A stretch of 64,000 nt of DNA. Origin: Phaeosaccion multiseriatum (Eukaryota; Protista; Ochrophyta, other classes). The notes beneath the pieces were generated by a model. The model saw nothing but the letters and a program-made list of their open reading frames with translations. It ran no database searches and was not told the DNA's origin. The first letter of the stretch is position 1; every line of letters begins with the position of its first letter. Shown piece by piece: positions 39,068-52,000 of the stretch. Both the position numbers and the translations under genes were made by a program. Where the stretch lies: NCBI GenBank assembly GCA_965112735.1, contig OZ218951.1, positions 1,674,001 to 1,738,000 on the forward strand, in the 5' to 3' direction.

Positions 39068-40135
39068 ATGTCTGCGTGCGTGCTGGCGTGCCGCGAAGAG
39101 GCGGCCGCGACCTTCGGCCGTACGAGCCAGAGCGAAGGCGTGTGCGATGAGGCTACTGGGATTTGCTCCGGCTGTGGGGACGGATTCTACGACAAAAACA
39201 TCGTAGGAGAGAGTGCTTGTGTGGCCAAGGCGTACCTGGATGTTCCCGAGGTGGTACTTCTAGTCGCATGGGCACTGCACTTGGTCGATGTGATGTACGT
39301 CCTCGGCAGGCATGTGTGGCGTAGGGGAGGGGTGAAGGCACTGCTGAAGGAGACTAAGACGGGTGTAGCGCAAACCAGACTGATAGGGGCAGTGCTTTGC
39401 TTGCTCTGTACCACGACACTCTTGCTCATCTCTGTCGGAAGGTTCTCCAGTGGGACAGGGCCGCTGGACAACTCACTGGCCTGGTGTTTAGGTGGTATCG
39501 CTACGTGGTGCTGCATAGGAAACCAATGGCTGGTTCTTCGTCTGTGGCTTGCCGCCTTACCGCGGAGGCTTCTGTCTCGCGCGCCTACCGCACTTCGGCT
39601 TCGGAACTTTGTGGAGAGGCGGTTTTGGCTGATCTCCGCTGCTCTGGCCTTCGCAGGGACGTCGGGTTCCGTTGTACTGATTTTTCTCCCAGGCTACTTA
39701 ACTTACTGGATCGAGTGCGTCATTGCGCTGCCCGGCATCGATGCACTTCTTGGGGCCATTGTAGTGGCAACGACCAGCCTGCTGGGCATGTTTAAGACGA
39801 TGCCCGAGCTATCGCCGCACTTGCGCAAGGTCAAGACGCAGTGTCGATTGATGAGGGGTTTCACGCTCGCTGTCTGGGTTGGAAGTCTCGTTGTGCCTCT
39901 CACCCTCGTTGATCCGATGAGTACGTGGATGCTGCAGCGACCCTCTATTGGCATGGTATTGGTCAGGGTAGCCTGCCTGGAATGGGAGCTGACAGTGTTC
40001 TACTTCGTTTTCCGAGGGGCGTTCACTCAAAGACATTCTTCGGGCGACACCCTCCATAGTCATTGGAGCGCTGCAAGTGTTGGAGGGTTTCTTAAGAGTT
40101 GTAAGGTTCTTCCACTGAGTGACGTGCCAGGTTAG
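39068..40135 (+). CDS. Intronless 355-aa protein: N-terminal Cys-rich EGF-like module + ~7 TM helices (GPCR-like topology), copy 1
   Basis: GVCDEATGICSGCGDGF...C followed by seven hydrophobic segments. ORF intact in both paralogues. Confidence 0.75.
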   Translation: MSACVLACREEAAATFGRTSQSEGVCDEATGICSGCGDGFYDKNIVGESACVAKAYLDVPEVVLLVAWALHLVDVMYVLGRHVWRRGGVKALLKETKTGVAQTRLIGAVLCLLCTTTLLLISVGRFSSGTGPLDNSLAWCLGGIATWCCIGNQWLVLRLWLAALPRRLLSRAPTALRLRNFVERRFWLISAALAFAGTSGSVVLIFLPGYLTYWIECVIALPGIDALLGAIVVATTSLLGMFKTMPELSPHLRKVKTQCRLMRGFTLAVWVGSLVVPLTLVDPMSTWMLQRPSIGMVLVRVACLEWELTVFYFVFRGAFTQRHSSGDTLHSHWSAASVGGFLKSCKVLPLSDVPG

Positions 40136-41357
40136 GCGCACGTCAACGTGTGGCCTCTACTTGGGAGGTGCGACCTGTCCTTTAATGAAGAGATGGTCTT
40201 CACTCCGCGTTTGGCCCTGTGTCGGTGTGCTGCTGTGAGACTCGTTACCTTGCTAGCCCGGAGGGAAGAGCGAGGAAGCGCCGATGCCCAAAGGGCACGT
40301 AAGACGAGAGCAGGAGGAATCATCCGCTGAGCCATCACGATGCATGCTCCCCGAGTAGAGTCAGCAGCAGCTGGGTACGACAAGCGCAAGAAGAAGGAGA
40401 AGACAGGCAGGCAGGCTCGGGGCAGGGGAGGGGAGACGGGGAAGAGTAGAAGGGCCCCACCAGTACCGCTTCCCCGTGCTCACGATGGGCAAGACCGCCC
40501 GGCCAGTGGAGCAGGATCGTGCTCTCCTTTTGCACCCCACCGCAGTAGCGGCAGGAGCAGGTGCTGCGGACAGCCTACACATCGAGAGGACTGGCTCGCC
40601 TTCAAGCGATCTTCAAGCTGTGGAAGAGTAATAGGGTGTGTTGGTGCTGGAGCGCCGTCCCTTGTGACCGCCGCCACCGGATAGTCCTGTGACGGGCTGT
40701 AACGAGGACTGAAGGCGATACAATGTATAGGGCTTGGAATTGAAGAGCGAGTAAGAAGCTCACGCTGAAGTACTATTCGTAACTTAGTACAAACATTTTG
40801 TGAATAATGTTATACTACACACATGCTTCAAAACTAACCTTGACCATCATGTGGGTTCCGCCGTTGTCTGCTCCTGCTGCTGGCTAACCTCTCACTCTCT
40901 CTCTATCTATCTGTCAAGCGGCTCGACAACACCCTGCCTCTGGCCAACACGACGCCCCCCCCCTGGGCCTTGAACGGGTCGGCTGCTGCCTCTCCTCTCC
41001 TCGTCGCGATAGTTTTTGCCTATCCCTCCCCTTCCGAAGCTTTGCCACTGGCCCACGTCCAGCTAAGTATATGATCAGAATCACCACCCCTCTCCTCAAA
41101 ACAGTGAGTCATGTGTGTGTGTGTGTGCGCGCGCGCGTGTGTGTGTACTACAAAACCACACTCGCGCAGCGCTCCCGCCAATTTCTCCGATTCTACACCC
41201 CAATGGACTGACTCGTTCACTAAACAAGGGCACACCACACCACACCACACGGGCAACGTCGCAAACCAAGATACTCCCCCGCCCCCTGTGACCCTGTGTC
41301 CCCCTCCCCTGGGCTCCATCAAGAAGCTGCTTCTCACACTATCTACTACTTTCGTGC

Positions 41358-41915
41358 TCATGACTCCTTCTCCACCCGTAGAATCCTGTCTGCCCAGTCA
41401 CTGGCAGCATCGGCCGCGTAGACGATAACGTCCTCACGACACCGCTCGCTCGGCAAGAAGCCCGACTGGTACCCGTAATACCCAAAGTCATAGTGCGCCG
41501 CTCCCTCCACCTCGATGCTCGTGATGCTCGAGGCGGCTACCCACGGCTTGAGCAAGGTATCGAGGTATCGAGATCGAGCAGAAGAGGAACCACTCCCTAC
41601 CAACTGGTCCCTGCTCCCGTAGATCTGTCGAATGCAGGCAGCAGCAACAGGAGGAGGACGAGCAGCAGCAGCAACAGCAGCAGCAACAGCAGCAGCAAGA
41701 GAAGACGCAGCAGTCAGTCGTTTGTTTCGGTAAGCCTTTCTCTCCTCACCCGCAAGGCCACCCCCCCGCACCCTCGTCTTTGTAGCGCCCACCTCCTCCC
41801 TCCCTTCCAAGCTGCCTTCTCCTTCCCCTCGCCGTCTGCCTCTCTCTCACTCCCTCCCTCTCTCCCCCCTCCATCCCTCTCTCTCCATCTCTTCTTCTCT
41901 CTCTCTCTGTGTGTG

Positions 41916-41947
<32 letters not shown>

Positions 41948-44184
41948 CACCCCCCCTCTCTCTCGCCCGCTCGCTGTGGACAGCTCTAAGTTCATCTCGA
42001 CCTCACCTCGAAGAAGGGTAGAGTGGAGTTCTTGGCCTTGAAGTCTGACCCAGGTGCACCGCCTGCGAAGAGCATCACTCCCGCAAGGCTCTCCTCCTCC
42101 TCAAGGGCAAACGAGGAGGCCACATTCCCGCCCAGTGAATGTCCTCCTACGAACCAAGGCAGCGGCTGCTGCTCCTGCTGCTCTTGCTGCTCCTGCTGCT
42201 CTTGCTGTTTCTGTTTCTGCTTCTGCCCCTCCTGATGCTGCCTCCACGCCTGCCCCTGCACCCATTTCAAGGCCCCCTCCTTGTCGTTGCGGGCGTCTCT
42301 GCCAGGAGCTGACAGCCCCACTGCCAAGAAGCCCCTCTGCGCCAAGGCGCTCAGAAGACTCCCGTAGGCCTCTGTAGGGACCGCGGCCCCTTGGTAGAAC
42401 GCGATGCCGGCCTTGGGATCTCCTGCATGCGGATAGGCAAGGGCAAGGAATGGCACAGCACGGCACAGCACCAACAACCATCTTTAGCGTTGCCATTCAT
42501 TCCATCTTTGGCTTTGTCACCCATTCCATCCCATCTGCATGTGCTCTGCTTCTTTCCCTACCCACACGCGAGTGAACAATCAATCATGAAATCAATCAAA
42601 CATGTTCCCCACACACACGCACACACGCACGCACCTGCTGCAGGCTCGAACACCCAGGTCCCGTCGTCGTAAGATGTCACCTTCACGCCTTCTCTCCCTC
42701 CTCGACCCCCCCCCTCCTCCTGCGCCTCGTTCTCCTGCAGAAACCTCTCACCCTCCCTCATCAGCGCAGGATAGGACAGAAACGCGACTGCCGTGATCAT
42801 CTCCGTCACAACTGTTTCATCGGCAGTTACAAGGTCCGCGTGGGTCCTCCCTTCCAACACCACAAGGCGGGCCTCTCGGGGCAGGGCTGGAGTCATGCTG
42901 GCCTCCATCTTTTGGTCCGGGGTGAGGGGTACAGGCATCGCGTTGCCAACGGGGGCAGAGGATAGGGGATAGTGGAGGGGGCAGAAGGGCGGGGGGGATG
43001 AGTGGTGGTCGAAGGAGAAAGAGAGGGAGAGAGAGAGGGAGAGGGAGAGGGAGAGGGAGAGGGAGAGGGAGAGGGAGAGGGAGAGAATGAGCGTGAGAGT
43101 ACGAGAGAGAGACAGAGAGAACGCAAGAGAGTGAGAGCGAGAGTGCAAGAGAGAGACAGAGAGAGAGAGCACAAGCCAGAGGGGCAGTGAGTGTGCAAGA
43201 GGAGGGACAAGAGTCAGTAACATGCTCACTCTGCAGTAGAGAGGAAGGAAGAATGCCGCTCGCCCTTGGCGGCGGGGTGCTTCAGGCGTGCCTCACCTCC
43301 TCGACAGATACCGTGCCATCCTCCGTCCCAGCGAGTAAAAAGGTGTACACATTCAAAGCGGACAGATCCAAATCCGGAGCGGCGACGCCTCCCACCAGGC
43401 CAAGCGACCTGATGCGAGGCTGTGTGGAACACGAGCAGCGAGCGAGGGGATGCCGTGGGAGCAGGAGATGGGTCAGAGAAGAGGGAGCTGGTGAGACGGG
43501 AGAGTGGCCCTAGCTACTGTACAGAGATCCGTTCCCCATGCCCAAGTTTCGCAACCCCCCCCTTATTCACTACGCAAGCGCCCACCACCCTCACGCAGGC
43601 CTACTCACGTGCATGGCAGCAAGCAGGCGCGATGCCACCATTGCCCCCCGTCCGTGGCCCACCAGCGCCCACTCCATAGGCTGCAACTTCTGCTGGTCTG
43701 TCATACGCAGCACAGCTGCTGCGAGTGCCTCCTTGTCCTCCGGACTCATTCTTGTTCCTCCCAAAGAGGCTCCTTCCCCACCCAGTCCTTCCTCCTCCCC
43801 CTCCTCCTCCCCCCCTTCACACTCCCATGTTACCCTGCACTGAGTTGAGGCTGATCGGAGCGGAACCACTTCAAACCGACTCACTGCCTGCCCGTCTCCC
43901 ACCACGGCTGTAGCCAAGGATCTGTATACCTCCGCCTGATTGCCCACCTCTCCGAGGAGAAGCACTCCTCTAGGTGGGCTGAAGAATGTTCTTGCGCCCG
44001 CTGGTGCCACTACTGTTACTCCCGATGATCCCGGTGTATTTAGGGCTGTGTCCGCGGATAATCCTGGCCATGCTAGTACCAAAGCAGCGGCGGCGAGAGC
44101 TCGAACATTAAGCAAGCCGCGTCCACTTATCCTCGTGGGAAGAGCAGTAGGGACAGGAGCAGGTGCTGCGGACAGCCTACACAT
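41358..44184 (-). CDS. Alpha/beta-hydrolase copy 2 (two tandem hydrolase-like domains); multi-exon
   Basis: C-terminal domain FYQGAAV..EAY, WFVGGHSLGG, EGAAHYDFGYYGYQSG. N-terminal domain has WALVGHGRGA (no Ser). Exons in ORFs 43591..44184, 43226..43432, 42558..43229, 41992..42477 and 41358..41810. Confidence 0.78.
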
Positions 44185-44444
44185 CGAGAGGACTGGCCCG
44201 CCTTCAAGCGAGCTAGGGAAGATATTTTATATAACAAGGGTGTAAAAAAGTAACGTCTCACCGCCCGACCATCACTGCCTCGGGGCTCGGGGAAGAGATC
44301 TATATTAAAAGAATAAGAGACAGGAGGGAGGAAAAAAGGAGGGGTGGTGGTGGAGCGTCGTCCCTTGTGACCGCCGCCGATAGTCCCCTGACAGTTTCAG
44401 TTCACATTGCCATTCCTCCTAACAGTTTCAGTCACATTGCTTTC

Positions 44445-47400
44445 TAAATACTTGTGACGACTCTTGCAACGCTGAACTTGCGGTGCCTCCTCTTCAAACC
44501 ACAAAACACGGCTGATCTGAAAAGAAACGCCTCGTAGAAAGTCCCGGATCCCGTTCTCGAAGAGCGGCGTCCCCCGGAAACTTTTGCTGTCGCTGCCGTC
44601 TCCTTTGCGCGGTGGACTGCTGGGCTGCTCCGCCCCTTCGCTGTCCTTCTCACCGCGCTGAGCTCTTCGGCACTTGCTACAACTCTTGCGACGCCGTACT
44701 CGCGTCGCCTCCTCTTTTACAGTAGTGAATGCTAGATTCTTGCTATACCCCGGTGGGGTGGGCGTCCTACGTGTCGAGCGGGCCGCTAGGCCCCTTGCGT
44801 CAGTCGGCGCGGCGTACCCTTGCCTTCAACCATTTCTTGACTGTAACACTGTAACTGCCAGTCCTCCCCGTTTCCCGAAAATACGTTTTCGATACTATCG
44901 ACTCGTAAACTCGCTCTGCTCAAAAACTAGTTTTTCAGTCCACTACGTCCTGACACCTAGTACTGCCCATGCCTTCCCCTCGAGCGCTCTCTCTCTCCTT
45001 CGGGGGCTAACTGCTAATACTTATAATTGTTTACATTGTGTAAGGGGGGGTAAATGCGATTTCCAGGGGGTGCCAAAGCAGGGCGGGCAGACGCGTCTGC
45101 CTCGCCCCTACTCCCAACTACACCCGCTTGAAATCTCATGTCTCCTTCCCCCCTTCTCCCCTAGTCTCCCCTCTGGCCCCAACTTCTACGGCACCGATTC
45201 CCTCGCTCATGGCCAGCGTATTCGTTACCTCAGTTGACTCCGTCGAGTTCTGGCGGATGTAGACGATGAAGCAGTTGCTCTTCCATGGTCCCTATCGCTG
45301 GGCCTGGGCGTCCGAGAAGTCCTTCGCCGCGATGGTCCTTGCCGCGCCGATCTGAAGCGGTGCCGTGCTAATCTGCTGCCTTGTTGCCCGACGCTACATT
45401 GTCCGCTGCTACACTGTCTACTACTCAGCTGCGGTGATGCTACGCTGCCTACTGTCGCATTGCCAGCCGTTGCTACGCTGCCCTCTGCGGGGGTCCTGCC
45501 GCTGTCGCACTGCCAGCCTGCTGCGCTCCTCATGCAGCTGTGCTGCCTACTCCTGCCCTGCCTGCTGTTGCGCGGCCTTCTACGGCTAACCGCCTACTGC
45601 TGCGCCGCCTACTGCTGCGCCGCCCGCTGCTGCGCTGCCTGCTGTTTCACTCGCGGTTGCTGTACTGCCTGCTGCTTCGCTGCCTGTTGCAGCTCTACCT
45701 TCTGCGGCGCTGCCTGCTGCTCCGCTGCCTGCTGCAGCTCTGCGCGCTGCCTGCTGCTCCGCTGCCTCCTCCTGCGCCGCCAGGGGCTGCGCGGTGTGCT
45801 GCTTCAGTGTCTGCTGCCGCACCAGCTCCTGTTGCGCTGCCACTTGCTGCTCTGCCTGACGTTGCGCTGCCTGCCGCTACTAGGCTGTAAACTGTCGCGC
45901 TATCTGCTGCTCGCCACCTGTTGCGGCGCCGCCTTACCGCTGCACTGCCTCCGGCTGCTCACTGCCTTCAGCTGCTGCTATGCTGCCCGTTGCCTCGCTG
46001 CCTACTGTCGCGCTGGTTCCGTCTTTCTGCGGTTGCTAAGCGCCTGATGCTGCACGGTCTGCTGTTGCGCTGCCTTCCCCGGTACTGCGCGCTGCTGCGC
46101 TGCCTGCCGCTACGCTGCCTCTAGCTTCTGCTCTGCCCTGCACTCCATCTTCGGCCTGCCCGATGCTGATCTACGTTTCGCTTCGCCTGCCCGCTGTTGA
46201 CTGCCTTCTGCAGTAACTCTACGAGCTACTGCCCTACCTGCACACACACACACACAGCTGCTGCCCCTGCCCCGCTTCCAGCGGCTGCACTGCCTTCCGC
46301 TGCCATGAAGGGACTGCTGTGTCCAGCCGCTTCATTGCATACTGCTGCACCGCACGTTGCCTCGCAGATCGATGCTGCGCTGCTGTCTACTGCTGTACTA
46401 CGTGTCGTTTCGCAGCCGCCGCTGCCTACGTTCTGCTCTGCTTAGTGCTGCTGCGCTGCCTCCGGCCTCTGCTACCTCGCGCTGCTGCCCTGCTTCCAGC
46501 TGCTTTAGTGCGTGTTGCCTCGCCGCCCGCTGCTGCACTGCTGCTGTACTTCATACTGTGTACCTTCGCAGCCCGCTATTCCACTGTCTCGGATGCTATC
46601 CTTTAGGCGGCTGCCCTGCTTCCGGCTGCTGCACTGCCTTCCGCTGCGGAACTTCGAGCTGCTGCGACACTTCCAGCTGCTGCACTGCACGCTGCATCAC
46701 AGCCCGCTGCTACACTGCCTTCTGCTGCTGCCATGCTTCGGGCTGCTGCTGTACAGCATACTGCTGTACCTTCGCAGCCCGCTGTTCCACTGCCGTCGGA
46801 TGACTGCCCTACTTCCAGCTGTTCCATTGCCTTGTGCTGCTGCACTTGGAACTGCTGCGCCACTTCCATCATCTCTCGTACTGCACGTCGCATCGCTGCC
46901 CGCTGCTGCCGCGCTGCCTTATGCTGCTGTACTTGGAGCTGCTGCGCCACTCCCATCATCTGTCGTACTGCACGTCGCATCGCAGCCCGCTGCTGCGGCG
47001 CTGCCTTCTGCTGCTGTACTTGGAGCTGCTGCGCCACTCCCATCATCTCTCGTACTGCACGTCGCATCGCAGCCCGCTGTTGCGGGGCTGCCTTCTGCTG
47101 CTGTACTTGGAGCTGCTACGCCACCTCCATCATCTGTCGTACTGCACGTCGCATCGCAGCCCGCTGCTGCGGCGCTGCCTTCTGCTGCTGTACTTGGAGC
47201 CTGCTGCGCCCCTTCCATCATCTGTCGTACTGCACGTCGCATCGCAGCCCGCAGTTGCGGCGCTGCCTTCTGCTGCTGTACTTGGATGCTGCTGCGCCAC
47301 CTCCATCATCTGTCGTACTGCACGTCGCATCGCAGCCCGCAGTTGCGGCGCTGCCTTCTGCTGCTGTACTTGGAGCCTGCTGCGCCCCTTCCATCATCTG

Positions 47401-49031
47401 TCGTACTGCACGTCGCATCGCAGCCCGCCGTTGCGGCGCTGCCTTCTGCTGCTGTACTTGGAGCTGCTGCGCCACTCCCATCATCTGTCGTACTGCACGT
47501 CGCATCGCAGCCCGCTGCTGCGGCGCTGCCTTCTGCTGCTGTACTTGGAGCTGCTGCGCCCCTTCCATCATCTGTCGTACTGCACGTCGCATCGCAGCCC
47601 GCTGCTGCGGCGCTGCCTTCTGCTGCTGTAATTGGAGCTGCTGCGCCACCTCCATCATCTTCCATCATGTGTCGTAGAACCGCTGCCGTGCTTCCGCCCG
47701 TGCACTTCGAGCTGCTGCCATGCTTCGAGCTGCTGCCATCCTTCCCGCTACTGCATACTGCTGTACCTTCGCAACCCGCTGTTCCACTATCTTCGGGTGC
47801 TATACTTCAAGCGGCTGCTCTGCCTGTTGCATTGCCTTCTGCTGCTGCCCTTCGAGCTGTGCCACTTCCATCTGCTTTCGCAGCCCGCTGCTGCGCTCCC
47901 TTCTGGTGTTCTGCTGCTGAGCTGCTACCCTGCTGCTGCTCGTCGCTTCGCAGCCCGCTGCTGCGCTCCCTTCTGCTGCTGCACTTCGAGCTGCTACCCT
48001 GCTTCCAGCCGCTGCATACTCCTGTACTGCGTGTTGCTGATGTACTCTCCATCCCCCATCGTCGTCTTGGTCCGTGTGTGGGCGGTGAAACCCCACCTAG
48101 AGTGGCAATGGCCTTCGACACTCGAACCACCGCCCGCATGCTCGTGACAGAGGGCCCGCAGCTGACCGCAGGGCCCGACTGAGCCTGGGGTGTAGCTGCC
48201 CTACCCACCGCCTCCGTCCCGTTCTGCCCTTTCTGCCTCAGCGGAACTTGGAACTGATCTTCTCTCATCCCCCGCCCTGGGGCCCACTCGCGGCACTAAA
48301 CTCCCCTGTCGAGGGAGCTGATGGTCAACCATGCCCCGATGCGGATCATCCAGCGCCCGTGGGGCTGACCCCGTTCGCTACCTCTGCGATACTACGACGG
48401 GTCGCCGGCGAGCTGCCTTCTGTTAAATTTTTCTCCCCGCTTCGGAACGCGGCAGCGTCCCCCCTGGAACTTAAACGATCGCTGCCAGCCCCGTCCGCCC
48501 CGTGGTTGCTGGGCTGCCCCATGCTGCCCTTACCGTGCTGAGCACTTAAATACTTGTGACGACTCTTGCAACGCTGAACTTGCGGTGCCTCCTCTTCAAA
48601 CCACAAAACACGGCTGATCTGAAAAGAAACGCCTCGTAGAAAGTCCCGGATCCCGTTCTCGAAGAGCGGCGTCCCCCGGAAACTTTTGCTGTCGCTGCCG
48701 TCTCCTTTGCGCGGTGGACTGCTGGGCTGCTCCGCCCCTTCGCTGTCCTTCTCACCGCGCTGAGCTCTTCGGCACTTGCTACAACTCTTGCGACGCCGTA
48801 CTCGCGTCGCCTCCTCTTTTACAGTAGTGAATGCTAGATTCTTGCTATACCCCGGTGGGGTGGGCGTCCTACGTGTCGAGCGGGCCGCTAGGCCCCTTGC
48901 GTCAGTCGGCGCGGCGTACCCTTGCCTTCAACCATTTCTTGACTGTAACACTGTAACTGCCAGTCCTCCCCGTTTCCCGAAAATACGTTTTCGATACTAT
49001 CGACTCGTAAACTCGCTCTGCTCAAAAACTA
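44445..49031. mobile_element. 4.6-kb non-coding element bounded by identical 485-bp direct repeats (44445-44929, 48547-49031)
   Basis: No differences seen between the two repeats. No RT, integrase or gag ORF inside. Absent from the paralogous site in unit 1. Confidence 0.75.
46836..47660. repeat. Minisatellite, ~10 units of 87-88 bp, with degenerate flanking units (~46230-48030)
   Basis: The ACTTGGA core recurs at 46844, 46931, 47018, 47105, 47192, 47280, 47368, 47456, 47543 and 47630 (AATTGGA in the last). Confidence 0.95.
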
Positions 49032-52000
49032 TTGATGACCGGTTTTGGTGGGGCGAGATGCCCCACTCGGTGAAAGTGGGTATTTTTAGTACCCAATTTT
49101 TTTAAAAGTGGGTATTTTTAGTACAGTACCCAATATGGACCAGTAGCGCCCCTTCCCCCCCCCCTCCTTTTTTTGTGTGTGTGTCTGCCCCTGCTACAGG
49201 GGAAAATATACTACGCTATGATATGACGATATAATGGTATTACCACGATAACAATGGTATTCATATTTACAGACACACTTAGTGTCCGTCCTCAATCATG
49301 CATGGCTTACAGTAGTAGTCAAAATCGCCTTCCACAAAACCCTTACTGTCGCAAAACTCGACGGTGCACATGTGGTGCACGAGGTTTCCACACGCTCTTT
49401 CGGATGGGCAGAGGAACAGCTTGACTTGCGAGGGCTTAGTACAGCCATACGAGCATGTGAAGGCCATGTCTCCCTCTCTCAAGCCGCCCAACGACGGCGC
49501 TGCTGACGCGGCAGCAGCGGCAGTAGCGGCCGCAGCGGCCGCATCAGAGGCAGCAGCAGAAGCAGCATCAGAAGCAGTACCAGTACCAGTACGCTGTTTT
49601 TTTTGGGCCCCCCTTCCCCCACCCCTTCCTCCTCCTCCTCCTCCGGCTCCGCCTCCTCCTGTTGCAGCAGCAGCAGCAGCAGCATTGCTGCTGCCACCTC
49701 CCTCCTCGTCGTCCTCTGCACCGCTATCACCTCCATCCCCCTCCTTCGACTCGTCTGCACCAGTGCCACTTTCCTTCGCCCTCGCCCGCTTCGCCCGTTT
49801 TTTCGCGTCCGCCTGCTGCGCGCTCCATAAAATATACACGGTGGTCCACACCAGCTGATTGAAGCGGCGCTTGTGAGAATCAGAACGAGACTTGATGTCA
49901 AAGGCGTCTTTGACTGCGTCAAACATGCTTCGCGCTTCTTCAAGCGTCGGCTTGTCCTTCCAGAGCCCCTTTTCTTTCGCCGCGGATTCAATCGCACCCA
50001 TCAAACAGCAAAATTTTGACATCCTTCGCTTCTCCGCCCTCCCCTGCACGTCTGCTGTCGTGAATTCTCGAAGGCGAGGAGTGCCTGTCATCCAAGCATC
50101 CCAAGCAGCGCGCACAGTGAAGCTAGGGACCTCAAAGTGCTCGGGAAGGGTATGCCACCGGCCGTTGTAGAGATACAGAGGTGGCTGATCTGCACCTGCA
50201 CAAGAAGAAGAAGAGGGCGGGGCGCTGCTCGAACCCTCACCAAGGCCCAGAGTGCCTGCCTGGTGAGCCGCGAAAAGGTCGCTGAGCCCACTCTTAGAAA
50301 AGGCTGCGTCGAGGGTCGTCTGCAGGGCCCTGCTCACACCCAGACTGGTGACAGTGCCAGAGGCCTGTGCATTCTCCTCCAGAACGTCACGGATCAGCGT
50401 CTCCAAGTCGACCTTGATCGTCTGGCCCAACACCTCAAGCTTGCCGCCTAGAGAGGCCACGCTGTCCGCCACGACTTGGAATTGCCTCAGCTGCACGACG
50501 TGGGGAGGAATCCCGGTTGCAGAAATCTCGTCCGTCTCGTCCGGATACTTCAGCACGACATGCTCTGAAAGGTCCGCCAGCAACCTTTGATCTCGGAAGA
50601 GCTGTGTCGTGAAAAGAGGGTGATTCTCCTGAAGAGTGCTGCGCAGAAAGCCGGCGTGGTACACCACACTGGCAAGACAGAATTCAGCCACCTTCCTCAA
50701 TCTCAGCGGCACGTCCCTGAAGCAGCTCACAATGGCTCCCGCGAGCACGTCTTCAATGCCCTCCTTCGCTGTGCCGTCCACCTTGAGGCGCTGAAAAAAG
50801 GGAGGAAGCAATGCAAACTCCTTCGCTGAGATGTTCGCCCCGGAGGCAGCCCGGCCCACATACTGATCTGCTGCATTGATGGGGTTGAAGTAGATGCCCT
50901 GGACGCCGGGAAGAGACCATCCCATTCGAAGTTGCACAGCAATTGGGTTGGGAGCAGCGGACGAGCCGCTTGTGACGTGCGAGGCAGCGCCCTTGCGCCC
51001 AGAATGAGTGCCGAGGTCCTCTGGAGTCAGCCCCATGCCTTCCAAAATGGACGAGTTCGCCGCCGCCGTACGTCTGAGGAAGCCGCAATACCTATCGTAC
51101 TGATTGTTGCCAGCGAACAGCGCGTTCTTCTCAAAACCAAAGCTCAGGAGGTAAACACCAAGCGCGAGGACGGGGCAGATCTCCGGCATGATTGGATTCG
51201 CGTAGACGTGGCGAGGATGTCGGGCCTTCTCTCCCAGCTGGTCGCCCTTTTGCTTCCCAAAATAGACGCAGAGCGCGTCCCCCTTCCACTCGAGATGATC
51301 GAGACAAATCTCCACACAGTTGGTGGCGCGGCACATCAGATTCCAGGAGAGAACGAGGAAGGGGTGGCCAAAGGCGCCCTGTCTGTGCCCGTTCTCACAG
51401 ACTGCCGAGCTCAGCATTGCTGCGATGTACACAAGCGAAGGAAACAGTGGCAACCAAAGACGGCGTCAGGGCTAGGAAGTGAGTGGGGGGCAGTCAATGC
51501 ATCAGCCACTTGTCTCCACCCACTCCACTAGTTTCCACTGTCCACTGACTCCACACAGCTGGGAATTTACCTTTGGCAAGAGCGCGGTAGAGAGCGAACG
51601 GCATGGGAGCCTTCCCTTCTCTGACTTCGACATTTCCCTCCTGCTTCTCTCCTGCGATCGTCCTCTTCAGCCCCTTGGTGAGCGTCGCAAGGTCGCTTTG
51701 CAATTTGCGGTGCTGCTCCTCCTGATGGTAGTCTCTGTACAGATTGAAGAGTGCAGAGCGTTTCGACTGTGCACCGGCCTTGGATAAGCCCTTCGGCCCC
51801 TTCTTGACTTCAAGCAGCCACCCGAAGAACGCGTCGGCTGTCAGCAGATGGAACAGCAAAGGGTGCGGCGCCCGAGGTGCTTGGATCAAGTGTGCCTTCA
51901 CCCGCTTCGTCCACTGCGCCTCAGCCTTCTTCTTGGCCTTTGCTTGGGCTTTCGCTGCTCTCGACACCTCAGCCGGCGTCTGCTGTGCCGCTGCAGTGGC

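Noticed and set aside
46512-48182. 556-aa ORF or CRISPR-like array
   Set aside because: ORFs are open in all plus frames because of repeat composition; units are contiguous with no unique spacers and there are no cas genes.
44445-49031. Canonical LTR retrotransposon
   Set aside because: Repeats do not end in TG...CA; no PBS, PPT, 4-6-bp TSD or gag/pol remnants seen.
49032-49080. Hammerhead-ribozyme-like TGATGA...GAAA
   Set aside because: Core C3 is missing, stem II register is off, and stems I and III are not evident.
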